The notes below the pieces were generated by a model, which was not told where the DNA came from, did no database searches, and saw only the letters and a program-made list of their open reading frames with translations. Source: a virus (lineage: Duplodnaviria > Caudoviricetes). Taken from it: a stretch of DNA of 64,000 bases. Location of the stretch: the IMG/VR virus record IMGVR_UViG_3300031867_000021, positions 1 to 64,000 of that record, one strand, 5' to 3'. The translations under genes and the position numbers were made by a program. This document shows positions 19,590 through 29,019 of this stretch, in pieces (the first letter of the stretch is position 1; the number at the start of each line of letters is the position of its first letter).

Positions 19590-20077
19590 TCCCACGGCAC
19601 CTCTTTCATCTGCTCTTCGGTTGGCTTTGCGCTCCACGCCCTCCAGCCCATCGGATGAGGCTTCTTCTCCGGGTACACATCACACATCAGATAGAAGTCC
19701 CCGTCCCACATGTCGTCATCCGCGTCCACAACGTTGAACTGAACGCCACCTGGATAGTTGTATGGTTTATCCTCCGGCGGAGCTATGCCCTCAACAGCGA
19801 GCCCCCAGAAGCACCTACCGACACCTTCCTCGACATATACGGCATCATGATTCTTTCCGGCTTCAATCATTTCTTCCCGGGTCAGAACATGTGGCACTTC
19901 ATAAGGTATTTCTTCCGCTTCATTTATATACTTGATGGCATCAAGCAGCCCATCAATGGCTCCGCACTCATAGCAGTCTTCATCGACCCAGCCGGCCGCC
20001 TCGGAACAGATTTCGCTCTTGAGCTTTTCGATACGTTCGACAAGCGCATCTGCATCAATCAGTCTCATGCTTCTCAT
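19586..20077 (-). CDS. Hypothetical protein (MRLIDAD N-terminus)
   Basis: Common phage MRLIDADAL start motif; C-terminal WRAW..KPTEEQ. Confidence 0.6.
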   Translation of the reverse strand: MRSMRLIDADALVERIEKLKSEICSEAAGWVDEDCYECGAIDGLLDAIKYINEAEEIPYEVPHVLTREEMIEAGKNHDAVYVEEGVGRCFWGLAVEGIAPPEDKPYNYPGGVQFNVVDADDDMWDGDFYLMCDVYPEKKPHPMGWRAWSAKPTEEQMKEVPWE

Positions 20078-20252
20078 CAACCTCCCTGATTGGAAAAGGA
20101 TCGTCAATGGCCGCTATGGTTCTCTGTACGGCCTTTTGCATTATCTTGTTTATTTCGATCATATCTTCCCGCTGCAGGACATCACTTAACACGAGGTCCC
20201 GGATTTCCTCAAGCAGGTTCCGCTTTTCAAACGCCGTCATTTCATGCGTCAT
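20055..20252 (-). CDS. Hypothetical protein
   Basis: ORF track; coupled to neighbours. Confidence 0.45.
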   Translation of the reverse strand: MTHEMTAFEKRNLLEEIRDLVLSDVLQREDMIEINKIMQKAVQRTIAAIDDPFPIREVDEKHETD

Positions 20253-20827
20253 TCGTGCACCTCCAGCACTTTTGGGTTTTCAATTTCCTTTCTTAATCCA
20301 TCTGCAACGGCTCTGCCAACTTCTTCTGCGAGGAACTTCATTGCAGCAGAGGCGTTCAACAAAAGGGCACTGTCTCCTAACTCTATCCAGGGCTTTCCTT
20401 CCGTTTTGAGTTGATCCTTGTTTATAAGATAAAGTTTGAAGTTTGTTAAGATTGCAGGCCAGAAATCCATTTCGAGAAACTCATTGATTTTATTATCAGA
20501 AGCACTGTCTCCACTTTTAGCCGTATTGTCTTTGATGTTCTTCCCGGCTTTTTCGGATATGCCCAAAGTCATGCAGGCAGAATGAAAGTCATGATCCGGA
20601 GATTTGAAATCCGAGATACCAAGTAACCAATCTGCCGAAACACTAAGCTTTTCACAAATCTGAAAAAGGGTTCTTGCATCAGGAACCCTGTCCCCGTTTA
20701 GGTAATAACTTACCGTTGCTCTGTTTAAACCGAGAACCGTTGCAAAACCGTTGATTGTCTTTCTTGAAGCATTCTTGCACCAATCCATGTAGAGTTCATT
20801 TAATCTTTCTTTGAACATCTGTTGCAA
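20249..20827 (-). CDS. XRE-family HTH transcriptional regulator
   Basis: FATVLGLNRATVSYYLNGDRVPD...VSADWLLG. Confidence 0.85.
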   Translation of the reverse strand: MQQMFKERLNELYMDWCKNASRKTINGFATVLGLNRATVSYYLNGDRVPDARTLFQICEKLSVSADWLLGISDFKSPDHDFHSACMTLGISEKAGKNIKDNTAKSGDSASDNKINEFLEMDFWPAILTNFKLYLINKDQLKTEGKPWIELGDSALLLNASAAMKFLAEEVGRAVADGLRKEIENPKVLEVHE

Positions 20828-21303
20828 ACCACCTTTCTGATATACAGCTTTGCCATCGTGATGTTTTCAAGAAGCCAAACCAAACTTTCAGCCTGTTCTT
20901 TCGTCAAAGGCTCCTCCACACTGTCAATGTGGATCTGTGCACTTTCTGCAAGGTATCTTGCTATCGCATCGATTGTGAAGGAACAGCCATTTTCAACGAG
21001 ATAATTCACACTTGTGGCCAGTTTTTTATCGTTTACAGAAAGTGCAAATACTGATTCTTCGGAAAGTCCAGTTGAATTACAAAATGCAAGATTTTCCGTT
21101 CTTGCACCCGCAACAAGCCAATCAATGGACACATTGAATTTTTTTGAAATCGCTAATAACGTATCTGAATCAATTTTGTCTCCCAATTCCCATCTTTGAA
21201 TGGTCGATCTACTTACACCAAGAAATTTAGCAAACTCATCTCTTGTCATGCCATGATCTTTGCGAAGACCATATATTCTTGTTCCAAGACTCATTCTCAA
21301 CAC
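20800..21303 (-). CDS. XRE-family HTH transcriptional regulator
   Basis: FAKFLGVSRSTIQRWE...VSIDWLV. Confidence 0.85.
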   Translation of the reverse strand: MLRMSLGTRIYGLRKDHGMTRDEFAKFLGVSRSTIQRWELGDKIDSDTLLAISKKFNVSIDWLVAGARTENLAFCNSTGLSEESVFALSVNDKKLATSVNYLVENGCSFTIDAIARYLAESAQIHIDSVEEPLTKEQAESLVWLLENITMAKLYIRKVVCNRCSKKD

Positions 21304-21338
21304 CGCCTCGATTTTTTCACCGAAGTTTCTGTCGGCAT

Positions 21339-21827
21339 TTAAACCGCCTCCAGCGCTTTATCGACTTCTTTGAACGCCTCTATTAACCAGCCCTCTACTT
21401 TCTTTGCACATTTCCGGCAAAGCTTTCTCCTGCGTCCGTAGACATACGAAGGCATCTGACAAAGCACATCAAAGCCGTCACCAGTTTTGTGCCACTTATG
21501 GCAACGATCACAGAAAAACTCCGGCTTCTTTCCTCCTGTCTGCCGCTGCAAATTTGCAAAGCGGTTCATTGGCGAATACTTCGGTTTTTCATCATCACTC
21601 TTGACACCAACATCCAGAACAAGCATTCTCTCATCAACTCGCCGGTTCCAGACTGCTGCAGCTTCCTCTTTTGTGGTAACGCATCCATCCTCTTCACCGG
21701 GCGCAATCATGATAATTCCGCAGTCGCAACACTCGACGTCCCAATCCTCGAAATCACCTTCAATGCCAAGATCGGTGAACTTTGCGGCCCCGCCGCAGAA
21801 CGGGCACGGTTTTAATCTGGTTTCCAT
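21339..21827 (-). CDS. Lar-family restriction alleviation protein with an extra C-terminal Zn-finger
   Basis: LKPCPFCGG...C..CG...AAAVWNRR. Confidence 0.75.
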   Translation of the reverse strand: METRLKPCPFCGGAAKFTDLGIEGDFEDWDVECCDCGIIMIAPGEEDGCVTTKEEAAAVWNRRVDERMLVLDVGVKSDDEKPKYSPMNRFANLQRQTGGKKPEFFCDRCHKWHKTGDGFDVLCQMPSYVYGRRRKLCRKCAKKVEGWLIEAFKEVDKALEAV

Positions 21828-21848
21828 ACTTTCCCTCCTGCTTCATAG

Positions 21849-22202
21849 TCACTTTTTGTGTTTCTCAATCAGATCCAAGATCTCGTTAGCGAATTCCCTG
21901 TACTCATCTCTAATCTCAGCTGGAACATAGCCTCTTTTCATAGCCTTTATTTGACCGTTTCTTTTGCTTTTCTCAAAGTTTACATTTCTCAGCGTGATAT
22001 CAATGATGTTGTTTATCTGAATATATAAATCATCCCTTTCCGACCAAAGTAAACCTTCACCGCTTTCCTCTAAATCGTGAGGGAATATTTCCTTGAGCCT
22101 TTCTTTTGCTTTTGTTAGATTATTTTTGCTGACAGCCTTGCAAGCTTTCAGCTCCGTCTTAATCTGCTCGATTTGTTCTGCTGTGAACTGATCAATTAAC
22201 AT
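21849..22202 (-). CDS. Hypothetical protein
   Basis: ORF with RBS GGAGG. Confidence 0.5.
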   Translation of the reverse strand: MLIDQFTAEQIEQIKTELKACKAVSKNNLTKAKERLKEIFPHDLEESGEGLLWSERDDLYIQINNIIDITLRNVNFEKSKRNGQIKAMKRGYVPAEIRDEYREFANEILDLIEKHKK

Positions 22203-22227
22203 ATTTTCCCCTCCTGATTTTTCTCCG

Positions 22228-22887
22228 TCACATATCCCCGACAGGCCACTTGATCCCGATCCCGGCCAGAGCCATTCTGATTTCCGACATGCTTTTGCTG
22301 CCGAGATTTGTCATTGATTTTGCGCTCTCCTGCGTCGGGAACGTCTGCAGGAAATCGCCGACATTGTGACAAGCGGCCCGCCTCATGCAGTTGTAAGCTC
22401 GAACAGAAAGACCAAGTTCTTCAATCGGCATCTGCAGAAGCTCCGGTCGAACTTCGCCGCTGCTGCTTTCACTTTCAGCCAGGATAAGCTTTGCTCTGTA
22501 CGCCGCCTCCAGCTCTTTCTTCTTACTCTCCAGCTTGACCTCGACCTCTCCGGCCACCCGCGCATCCACGTAAGCCTTTACACCGTGAGAAATCACGAAC
22601 TTGGCATCCTTGCTCCCGCGCATTTTCCGCATCGATCTCGCCTCAACCTGCCGCACCCGCTCCGCCGTAACACCAAAGTCTTCGCCGATTTCTTTTAAGG
22701 TTTTCCCCTGAGCAAACATCATACGCAGCACGTTCTTTTCGCGCGGTGTAAGCCTCGCTAAGCTCATGGCCACTTCCATGGTACCGGAATCATCCAGAGC
22801 ATCCAGAGGATCTGACAGCCCCATCTCCATGGCCTGCAGAAAGTTATAAGGCCATTCGGACGTTCTCAACGCAACTCTTGTTTCCAT
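22228..22887 (-). CDS. Sigma70 region-4 plus RNA polymerase alpha-CTD fusion protein
   Basis: LTPREK.VL...TLKEIG..FGVT.ERVRQVE (sigma region 4) and PIEELGLSVRAYNC...NLGSKS..EI (alpha-CTD). Confidence 0.8.
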   Translation of the reverse strand: METRVALRTSEWPYNFLQAMEMGLSDPLDALDDSGTMEVAMSLARLTPREKNVLRMMFAQGKTLKEIGEDFGVTAERVRQVEARSMRKMRGSKDAKFVISHGVKAYVDARVAGEVEVKLESKKKELEAAYRAKLILAESESSSGEVRPELLQMPIEELGLSVRAYNCMRRAACHNVGDFLQTFPTQESAKSMTNLGSKSMSEIRMALAGIGIKWPVGDM

Positions 22888-22901
22888 ATCCACACCTCCA
22901 A

Positions 22902-23258
22902 TCAGACAATGGTTTTCGCGCCGCAATTCCGGCACACGCTCCAGCCAACCTGCCACCCCAGGGTCACTTTGTTCCGGTAATAATGGGTTTCCACGCAGGC
23001 TTTCCCACCGCAGCCAAATACCATGCCCTCCAGCTCAAACTTCGTGCAGTCTTTCATCTCGACCTTTGTCTCGTGCCGAACCTTTAGCCACTCAACCATT
23101 TCAGGATCCGCAACCTCGACATCTTTTCCGCAGCTCGCGCAACAGTATTTGCCTGCGTCGTTCAGAAACACAGGCTCTTCGCACTCCGGGCACCCAGGGC
23201 GTTTATAGAGCTTGTCCGTATGGTAGTCATAGTCCTCAATCCAGATTGCTTTCATCAT
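22902..23258 (-). CDS. Cys-rich hypothetical protein
   Basis: CPEC, CASC and CRNC motifs. Confidence 0.5.
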   Translation of the reverse strand: MMKAIWIEDYDYHTDKLYKRPGCPECEEPVFLNDAGKYCCASCGKDVEVADPEMVEWLKVRHETKVEMKDCTKFELEGMVFGCGGKACVETHYYRNKVTLGWQVGWSVCRNCGAKTIV

Positions 23259-23511
23259 CTTCCTCCCAACCCGCAAGAGCATTCGCGAGCGCATTTATTG
23301 TTGTCTGCAGAGCAACCTTGTCGCAAAAATGCAGATCCACTTCCATGCTCTCCACATCATCGATATCAAACTTGTCTCCGGTCTCGAAGTCCTTTTTCAG
23401 TCTAACAATACCGACATCCAGCCCGCCGCCCTTGAAGAGCTTGCTTTTGAACACGAAAATGCCCTTTTTGAAATTTCTGCCGATTATTATTGGATAGTTC
23501 CGATTTTTCAT
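23236..23511 (-). CDS. Hypothetical protein
   Basis: ORF track; coupled to neighbours. Confidence 0.5.
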   Translation of the reverse strand: MKNRNYPIIIGRNFKKGIFVFKSKLFKGGGLDVGIVRLKKDFETGDKFDIDDVESMEVDLHFCDKVALQTTINALANALAGWEEDDESNLD

Positions 23512-23807
23512 GTGGCCTCCTCAACGAACTCCGGCATCGGACCGAATTCCCCGGCCAGAGCCAGCGAAGCTGCGCAGCACACAATATTCATCATGGTGTG
23601 CTCCAACGAATTCCAATCTACATGACCGGAAGCCATTCTCTGGCCTGCCGTCTTCTGCGTAGCCATCCGAATCAGCCGAGCCACAGAATCCTTCAGGCTT
23701 TCCTTATCCTTTTCCGTACCAAGATCCCCGGCATTCGCTTTCAGCCAGAACATGGCCCACATGGTATCGGCGCAGTCCTTTTTCCAGTCAATCTTGCTCA
23801 TGATCAA
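23508..23807 (-). CDS. Hypothetical protein
   Basis: ORF track; coupled to neighbours. Confidence 0.5.
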   Translation of the reverse strand: MIMSKIDWKKDCADTMWAMFWLKANAGDLGTEKDKESLKDSVARLIRMATQKTAGQRMASGHVDWNSLEHTMMNIVCCAASLALAGEFGPMPEFVEEAT

Positions 23808-23998
23808 TCTTTCCTTCCGCTGATAAAATCCGTCATCGCCCTGAAGGATTTAAACTCCTGACAAAAATCGCCGTTGGAATCATACAGCCTGTAGCACTTC
23901 CCAATCTTCTGGAAAGCCCACTCTTTGCTGCCCAGATACCAGACATCTGAAATAAAGCCCTTTTCTTTCATTCTGGCATCGCTCAGAATTCCATCCAT
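23804..23998 (-). CDS. Hypothetical protein
   Basis: ORF track; coupled to neighbours. Confidence 0.45.
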   Translation of the reverse strand: MDGILSDARMKEKGFISDVWYLGSKEWAFQKIGKCYRLYDSNGDFCQEFKSFRAMTDFISGRKD

Positions 23999-24000
23999 CC

Positions 24001-24225
24001 TTATTCACCTGCCTTCGGCCACGTTCCGCCGAGAGCCGTTTTCTCAATCAGATAAGCATTCCTGATGGGAAACATATCCGAAAAGCTCGTCTTCGCGGCC
24101 GTTTCGCCCGCGGAGTAGTAAACAAAAGCACCATCTTCAGTCAGCCGCTTGATTTTTCCGATCTCAAAATTGTCCCCATTGCGATAGATGATCAACTGAC
24201 CCGTGCGAAACTTTTTCAAACTCAT
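24001..24225 (-). CDS. Hypothetical protein (SH3-like beta fold possible)
   Basis: ORF track. Confidence 0.5.
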   Translation of the reverse strand: MSLKKFRTGQLIIYRNGDNFEIGKIKRLTEDGAFVYYSAGETAAKTSFSDMFPIRNAYLIEKTALGGTWPKAGE

Positions 24226-24428
24226 TCTTCAGGCCCTCCGTTCTTCTGTTCAAGCTTTGCTGCCAGGAACTCCACGAAATCTCTGGTCGGAACATCGAAA
24301 CTCCGCAAAACCTCGCGGCATCCACTCGATCCCATTTCATCGCTCAACACATCCACCCGAACAGGCCCCAGCAGCTTCCGCTGGCGGCACCGGAGGATCC
24401 GCCCATCATTCAAAGCAAAAGTCATCAT
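24222..24428 (-). CDS. Hypothetical protein
   Basis: ORF track; RBS GAGGGG. Confidence 0.4.
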   Translation of the reverse strand: MMTFALNDGRILRCRQRKLLGPVRVDVLSDEMGSSGCREVLRSFDVPTRDFVEFLAAKLEQKNGGPEE

Positions 24429-24449
24429 GAAACATCCCCCTCTCTTTTT

Positions 24450-24701
24450 TCAATATTCTAAATATGATTCCATACAATCAATCTCATATTCCATCTCTTT
24501 ATAAAGCCACTTGATTCTCTCGTCCTGCGCCTTGACCTCGCGCTCAAATTCCTGAGCGGCCTCTTCGTTGCGCCAGCAATAACGAGCAATCTGAGCCTGA
24601 ACTCTCTGGCTTCCTTTTGTCTCCAACGCCACAATGAGCGCAGCCAGCTTTTCCGAGGTGCTTTTTCCCGTGTAAATCTCCACAAAATCCTCAAATGACA
24701 T
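24450..24701 (-). CDS. Hypothetical acidic protein
   Basis: Start re-assigned to MSFEDF after GGGAGG. Confidence 0.5.
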   Translation of the reverse strand: MSFEDFVEIYTGKSTSEKLAALIVALETKGSQRVQAQIARYCWRNEEAAQEFEREVKAQDERIKWLYKEMEYEIDCMESYLEY

Positions 24702-24718
24702 TTCCCATTCCCTCCCTC

Positions 24719-24961
24719 TCAGCACTTGAAAAACCGATAAGCATCCTGATCCTCGCCGCAGCCCTCGACCCATGCCCAGTAGGCATCCTCGTCGCGCCGC
24801 CGCAGCTCATCCAGGATCCAGCCCCTGACCGTGGGCATCGTCTCGGCATACATCGCGGGATTCTTGTCCATCAGAATCCCCGACATAACCAGATCGCCAA
24901 TCAGCGCCTTCGTCGGCCTGTCGGCCAGCTTCCCGCGAGCCATTTCCTCAATCGCCATCAA
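24719..24961 (-). CDS. Hypothetical protein (RGW..DEL.RR motif)
   Basis: First gene after promoter P1; RBS GGAGG. Confidence 0.55.
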   Translation of the reverse strand: MMAIEEMARGKLADRPTKALIGDLVMSGILMDKNPAMYAETMPTVRGWILDELRRRDEDAYWAWVEGCGEDQDAYRFFKC

Positions 24962-25034
24962 TCAGTACCTCCAGAATCAATCTGCCGGCATCGGCCGGAG
25001 AGCTCCCACCGGACAACCTTCCCGGTTCATTATT

Positions 25035-25063
25035 ATTATAAACTACGTTCACACGTAATTCAA
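25035..25063 (-). promoter_or_regulatory. Sigma70 promoter P1
   Basis: TTGAAT-17 bp (TACGTGTGAACGTAGTT)-TATAAT. Confidence 0.75.
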
Positions 25064-25179
25064 GGCTTTTACAGCAAAATATAAAGTTTATTTTTCTTGT
25101 AACACTTCTTTTTCAACACTTTAAGCAACTTTTTCAGAAGTTTATAACCTATTTATCTTCCGAAAAAAATAGGGCACGG

Positions 25180-25488
25180 TTAATGTTCCGTGCCATAGCC
25201 AACTGCTTCAATTCCGGCGTCCGATCTGATTTCCATCCGCTGCGGATCCTTGTGCCCTCCGGCCACCCATTTTCCCAGGAACTGGCATTCTGTCAGAGCT
25301 TCTCCCCAGCCGTTGATCTTCCAAAGATCAATTCTGACATCGGAGCAGTCTTCCATATCCATCATCTCGAAAATCTTATTCGCGTCCATAATCTCGGCGA
25401 ACTCGCTGTCATCACAACCGCAAATCCCGCATACCAGATATTTCGCTTCGCTCTCGTCCATCAGGCCATTGCTCAGAATTTTCATCAT
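25180..25488 (-). CDS. Hypothetical acidic protein
   Basis: ORF with RBS. Confidence 0.5.
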   Translation of the reverse strand: MMKILSNGLMDESEAKYLVCGICGCDDSEFAEIMDANKIFEMMDMEDCSDVRIDLWKINGWGEALTECQFLGKWVAGGHKDPQRMEIRSDAGIEAVGYGTEH

Positions 25489-25522
25489 CTTCCTTCCTTT
25501 CTGTGCTCAGCACACATCCCCG

Positions 25523-26080
25523 TCAGATGAAATCACCAACGCTCATTCCAGGAGCATCCCAAGGGTTTGACGGACCATAATCTTTCTCAACGCCATGCCG
25601 GCGGTTGTAGCTGTTCATCAGGCTGTCATCTCCGCAGGCACTCGCCATACATGCATCTTCATACTCGCTGCTGTCCCGGTAGTTCGCGAGCCGTTCGTCC
25701 TCACTCTTCAGGAAGTCCCTGTCAAGGAACTCCGGCTTCACAAGGCACTTTTTGACCCCGCTCTCCCGGGCCAGCTTCGCGAACCGTTCCATCGCCTGCG
25801 TGGCTGTCAGCCCGTCGGCATAATCCCATTCGCCGTTGATCCTGGAAGATACGGCGTACCAGCACTCGCATTTCCAATTGACAAGGATCATCACATTTTC
25901 ACTCTGGGCAACAGCTTCCGCGCATTCCATGTCGTTCTGCATCTCCGCCAGCAGTTCTTCCTCGTCAAGCGCATCCATCTCACGCTCAATCTCGCGCTGC
26001 TTCTCTTCACTGCAGCTTTCCGAATAGAACATGCGCGCCAGCTCATTCTTCCGCTCTTCGATCTCATCAAAAGTTCTCAT
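25523..26080 (-). CDS. Hypothetical acidic early protein (C-terminal DYGPSNPWDAPGMS motif)
   Basis: Start re-assigned to MRTFDE after GAGGAGG. Confidence 0.55.
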   Translation of the reverse strand: MRTFDEIEERKNELARMFYSESCSEEKQREIEREMDALDEEELLAEMQNDMECAEAVAQSENVMILVNWKCECWYAVSSRINGEWDYADGLTATQAMERFAKLARESGVKKCLVKPEFLDRDFLKSEDERLANYRDSSEYEDACMASACGDDSLMNSYNRRHGVEKDYGPSNPWDAPGMSVGDFI

Positions 26081-26260
26081 GCCGGCCCCTCCTCTTTCAA
26101 TCGCTAAATCCGATGATCCCGACAAAGTTATCTTTCTCAGCAAGCTTCTCACAGAACCGGGCCCGGGCGGCCTCCGTCCTGAAGGCCCGTCGCCGAACCA
26201 CAATCTCGAAACGCCTGTTGATTTCCCGCCAAGCCACTTCCCACATATCGCTCCGCCTCC

Positions 26261-26431
26261 TCAGTAAATCTTTTCGCAATCGCTTTTCCGGGCCAGCCGG
26301 AGAACAACCCCTTCCGCAAGCTTCACATACACATACCGGCTGTTGTACCGATCAACGCGGAACGCAGAGCCGGCGGGAATCAATCCCCATCCAGGAACCA
26401 CAATATCCCGGCGAACACAAATCTTTTTCAT
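26261..26431 (-). CDS. 56-aa hypothetical protein
   Basis: Hand translation MKKICVRRDIVVPGWG...CEKIY; RBS GGAGG. Confidence 0.45.
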   Translation of the reverse strand: MKKICVRRDIVVPGWGLIPAGSAFRVDRYNSRYVYVKLAEGVVLRLARKSDCEKIY

Positions 26432-26449
26432 CTTCGCTATCCTCCATCC

Positions 26450-26770
26450 TCAGTTGTGCCGGCACCAATTCATGCAGGCTTCAATCGCATGTCCGGCATC
26501 CGCATAAAGCTCGCCACCGAGCCAAATCAGCATCAGCCGAGAATCGACATCAAGTGTTTTCTCGCAGCACTCATAAACCGCAGCGGCCACGCCATCCTTC
26601 CTGCTCGCCGCCAGGAGAACCCGGTCTCCGTACCGAACCATGGCTCCATGCAGCACACCACCGGCATAGCAGTCAAGGCTTTCCATTGAGGCGAACACAG
26701 GGAAGGCCATTTTCAGGCCGTCAACCTTCATGACCCACTCTTCTTCGCCGCGAATCACAACTCCCATCAT
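26450..26770 (-). CDS. Hypothetical protein
   Basis: First gene after P2; RBS GGAGG. Confidence 0.5.
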   Translation of the reverse strand: MMGVVIRGEEEWVMKVDGLKMAFPVFASMESLDCYAGGVLHGAMVRYGDRVLLAASRKDGVAAAVYECCEKTLDVDSRLMLIWLGGELYADAGHAIEACMNWCRHN

Positions 26771-26810
26771 GTCGAACCTCCAATCTCTCACCCGGCCCGG
26801 CGCCGGCACC

Positions 26811-26891
26811 CCCCGGAGGCCCATCCCCCGGGGACAATTATATTATATGCTATGCAACACTATTTTACAATGCTAAATGAGCAAAATAGAA
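26811..26891. repeat. 81-bp direct repeat, copy 1 (contains promoter P2; copy 2 at 34087-34167)
   Basis: 3 mismatches between the copies by manual alignment. Confidence 0.9.
26842..26870 (-). promoter_or_regulatory. Sigma70 promoter P2
   Basis: TTGTAA-17 bp-TATAAT. Confidence 0.75.
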
Positions 26892-26994
26892 CCGGCCAAT
26901 CCACCTGTTTCAGGGAAAGGCCGGTACCTATCCGGTCTGCTTCTGCAGTTTTTATCTTTTATCTCTCCCGACAGAGAAAGTTGAAGCCTTTATT

Positions 26995-27216
26995 TCACTC
27001 AAACTCTCCGTCCAGGATGAACTTCGCGTATTCTTTCTTGCCTTCTCCCGTGCCAAGAAACGTAACCAGAAGGAAGAGGCCGTGCTCGTAGGCCAGTCGC
27101 TGAACCTCGTGAACATCAAGCATATTTGTCGGCCCTGTCTCCCGAATCTCAAGGATCTGCTTTTTCAGGATCTCATAATCCCGTGCGGTCGTCTCATCCA
27201 TTTCAGCCATTTTCAA
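26995..27216 (-). CDS. DUF5049-like protein
   Basis: QILEIRETGPTNMLDV..VQRLAYE...EY..FIL.GE. Confidence 0.7.
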   Translation of the reverse strand: MKMAEMDETTARDYEILKKQILEIRETGPTNMLDVHEVQRLAYEHGLFLLVTFLGTGEGKKEYAKFILDGEFE

Positions 27217-27535
27217 TCACCTCCAAATCATTCCGTCCAATCCTGTCCAGAAACTTCCGCGCATAGTCGCCGCAGAGCTCTTCAAGGCAAAGCTCAATCT
27301 CCGCCTGATTCTGCTTGCTCCTGCGCTTCGCTGGAATGACCAGCTCGAAAGTCTTTGTCTGGATCTCGAAATACTCCTGTCCGAAAACCACGCTGACCAT
27401 GCCGGCAGCCCGATGAACCGGAACACATTCGATCCCGAAACCGCCCCTGTCCTTGTCGAACACATCATCAACCCTCAGAGAATCGCAATCGCAGTAAACC
27501 GGGCCGCTCAGCTTTACGTACTTCGTCATTTTCAT
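27203..27535 (-). CDS. Hypothetical protein
   Basis: ORF track; start re-assigned. Confidence 0.5.
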   Translation of the reverse strand: MKMTKYVKLSGPVYCDCDSLRVDDVFDKDRGGFGIECVPVHRAAGMVSVVFGQEYFEIQTKTFELVIPAKRRSKQNQAEIELCLEELCGDYARKFLDRIGRNDLEVIENG

Positions 27536-27969
27536 TCTCCCTTCTTCCAGGACCTCTGCCAGGCCGCATAGTATTCTCCGCAAACCTCTTTTGTTTGCGC
27601 TTCCCGAATGATGGAATCAATCAGATCCTCAATTCCAAGCCTGTAATCCACCACAAGATCCGCGATGACGTCCTGTTCTTCCTCTTCCTTCTGTGCTTCA
27701 TCCTCTGGAACAGAGTGATCCACGATATCCCACGGATTGAACCCCTTGATCGTCGTCACGAAGAACAGCTTGCGCTTCTCACCATATCTGGGCTCCAGCC
27801 AGGAACCGTCCCCTTGCGGCTGCTCAAGCCCCTCAAGCTCGCCATCTTCCCAGAGATACAGGCTGTACTGAATACGCCCGTGGCACTTCATGACCGTCTC
27901 GTAGTGGGAAACCATGTACTCCGCAATGGCTGCACGGTTGGCCTCAATAGCTTCCGATCTCCGCATCAT
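27532..27969 (-). CDS. Hypothetical acidic protein
   Basis: ORF track; coupled to neighbours. Confidence 0.5.
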   Translation of the reverse strand: MMRRSEAIEANRAAIAEYMVSHYETVMKCHGRIQYSLYLWEDGELEGLEQPQGDGSWLEPRYGEKRKLFFVTTIKGFNPWDIVDHSVPEDEAQKEEEEQDVIADLVVDYRLGIEDLIDSIIREAQTKEVCGEYYAAWQRSWKKGE

Positions 27970-28223
27970 ATTCTCCCTTCCTCCAATCCGTTCGTGATCA
28001 TTCTTCTGGCTTCTGCATCGCTCATGAATTCCGGCTTGACATCGTCATAATCAACCCTGATATTCATTCCCTCGAAATCGTCAAGCTTGATTGTTATCGA
28101 CAGATCGTTCAGCCTGATGACCTCACCCTTGTATCTGTATGCCCACCTGGGTGTTATGTGGGTCGTTCGCCAGCCGTTGTCGAAAATCTCGACCCGGTCG
28201 CCAATGTTTGGAATGTAACCCAT
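27966..28223 (-). CDS. Hypothetical KOW/SH3-like protein
   Basis: IGDRVEI...KGEV...ITIKLD; RBS GAGGA. Confidence 0.5.
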   Translation of the reverse strand: MGYIPNIGDRVEIFDNGWRTTHITPRWAYRYKGEVIRLNDLSITIKLDDFEGMNIRVDYDDVKPEFMSDAEARRMITNGLEEGRI

Positions 28224-28284
28224 TTGCACTTCCTCATCCTCTGAATCTTTCTCCCGGGGATTTGCCGCTCCGGATCGGCTCATC

Positions 28285-28449
28285 TTATTTCTTTGGGTGA
28301 TCTTCCATATAGTCAATCAAGTTTTCAATCTTACCAGCGATTTCACGCAATCCTTCAGAACTTTCCGTCCTGCCTTTCTTCTCAAGCTCGTTTGCGTATC
28401 CAATCAGGTCTTCTGCACACACCCAGATTTTCGTTTCAATGCCGTTCAT
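28285..28449 (-). CDS. 54-aa hypothetical protein
   Basis: Hand translation MNGIETKIWVCAEDL...HPKK; RBS GGAGG. Confidence 0.5.
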   Translation of the reverse strand: MNGIETKIWVCAEDLIGYANELEKKGRTESSEGLREIAGKIENLIDYMEDHPKK

Positions 28450-28489
28450 GTTGCCCTCCAACGCCGGGGATATACCGCCCCGGCTCGGT

Positions 28490-28654
28490 TCAGTGCTTCT
28501 TCATGAAGTAATAATATTCGCCAAGCTGCCCGAGGTCTTTATCAATGGCGTAGCACTTCGCAATATGCTTGATTGCGGCCTGCGGTGTTTCAAACGTCTG
28601 ATTAACGCAATCATCCCTGCCGCTGGAAAGGTGCCTGCAATATACGTACCACAT
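28490..28654 (-). CDS. 54-aa hypothetical protein
   Basis: Hand translation MWYVYCRHLSSGRDD...FMKKH; RBS AAGGAGG. Confidence 0.5.
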   Translation of the reverse strand: MWYVYCRHLSSGRDDCVNQTFETPQAAIKHIAKCYAIDKDLGQLGEYYYFMKKH

Positions 28655-28666
28655 TATTCTTCCTCC

Positions 28667-28945
28667 TTATGAATTTCTGCTAAAATTCTCATCTTCGTCA
28701 AGTATTCCATAAAGCACACTATAATCCCGGTAATGGTAAAGTCCGTTATTCGGTACATCGTCTCCCATGAGGATCAGCAACACAGTCAGCACTTTATCTT
28801 TTGTCCTGTCAGTGAAATTATAATGATCCGTCATATCTTTTCCTGCAATAAGATGATTCTCTTTCAAAACGTTCTGACAGATGATTTCACGTTTAATTTC
28901 TGTCAAAATATTCAGAAGGTATTTTTCTTTCGTGCTTATGCTCAT
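28667..28945 (-). CDS. Hypothetical protein (AT-rich)
   Basis: RBS AAGGAGG. Confidence 0.5.
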   Translation of the reverse strand: MSISTKEKYLLNILTEIKREIICQNVLKENHLIAGKDMTDHYNFTDRTKDKVLTVLLILMGDDVPNNGLYHYRDYSVLYGILDEDENFSRNS

Positions 28946-29019
28946 TGTTCTTCCTCCTTCATCAATTGTTCATTACTCCACCTCCGGAGGGTCTTGCTCC
29001 AGAACGGTGAATCAGCCTG

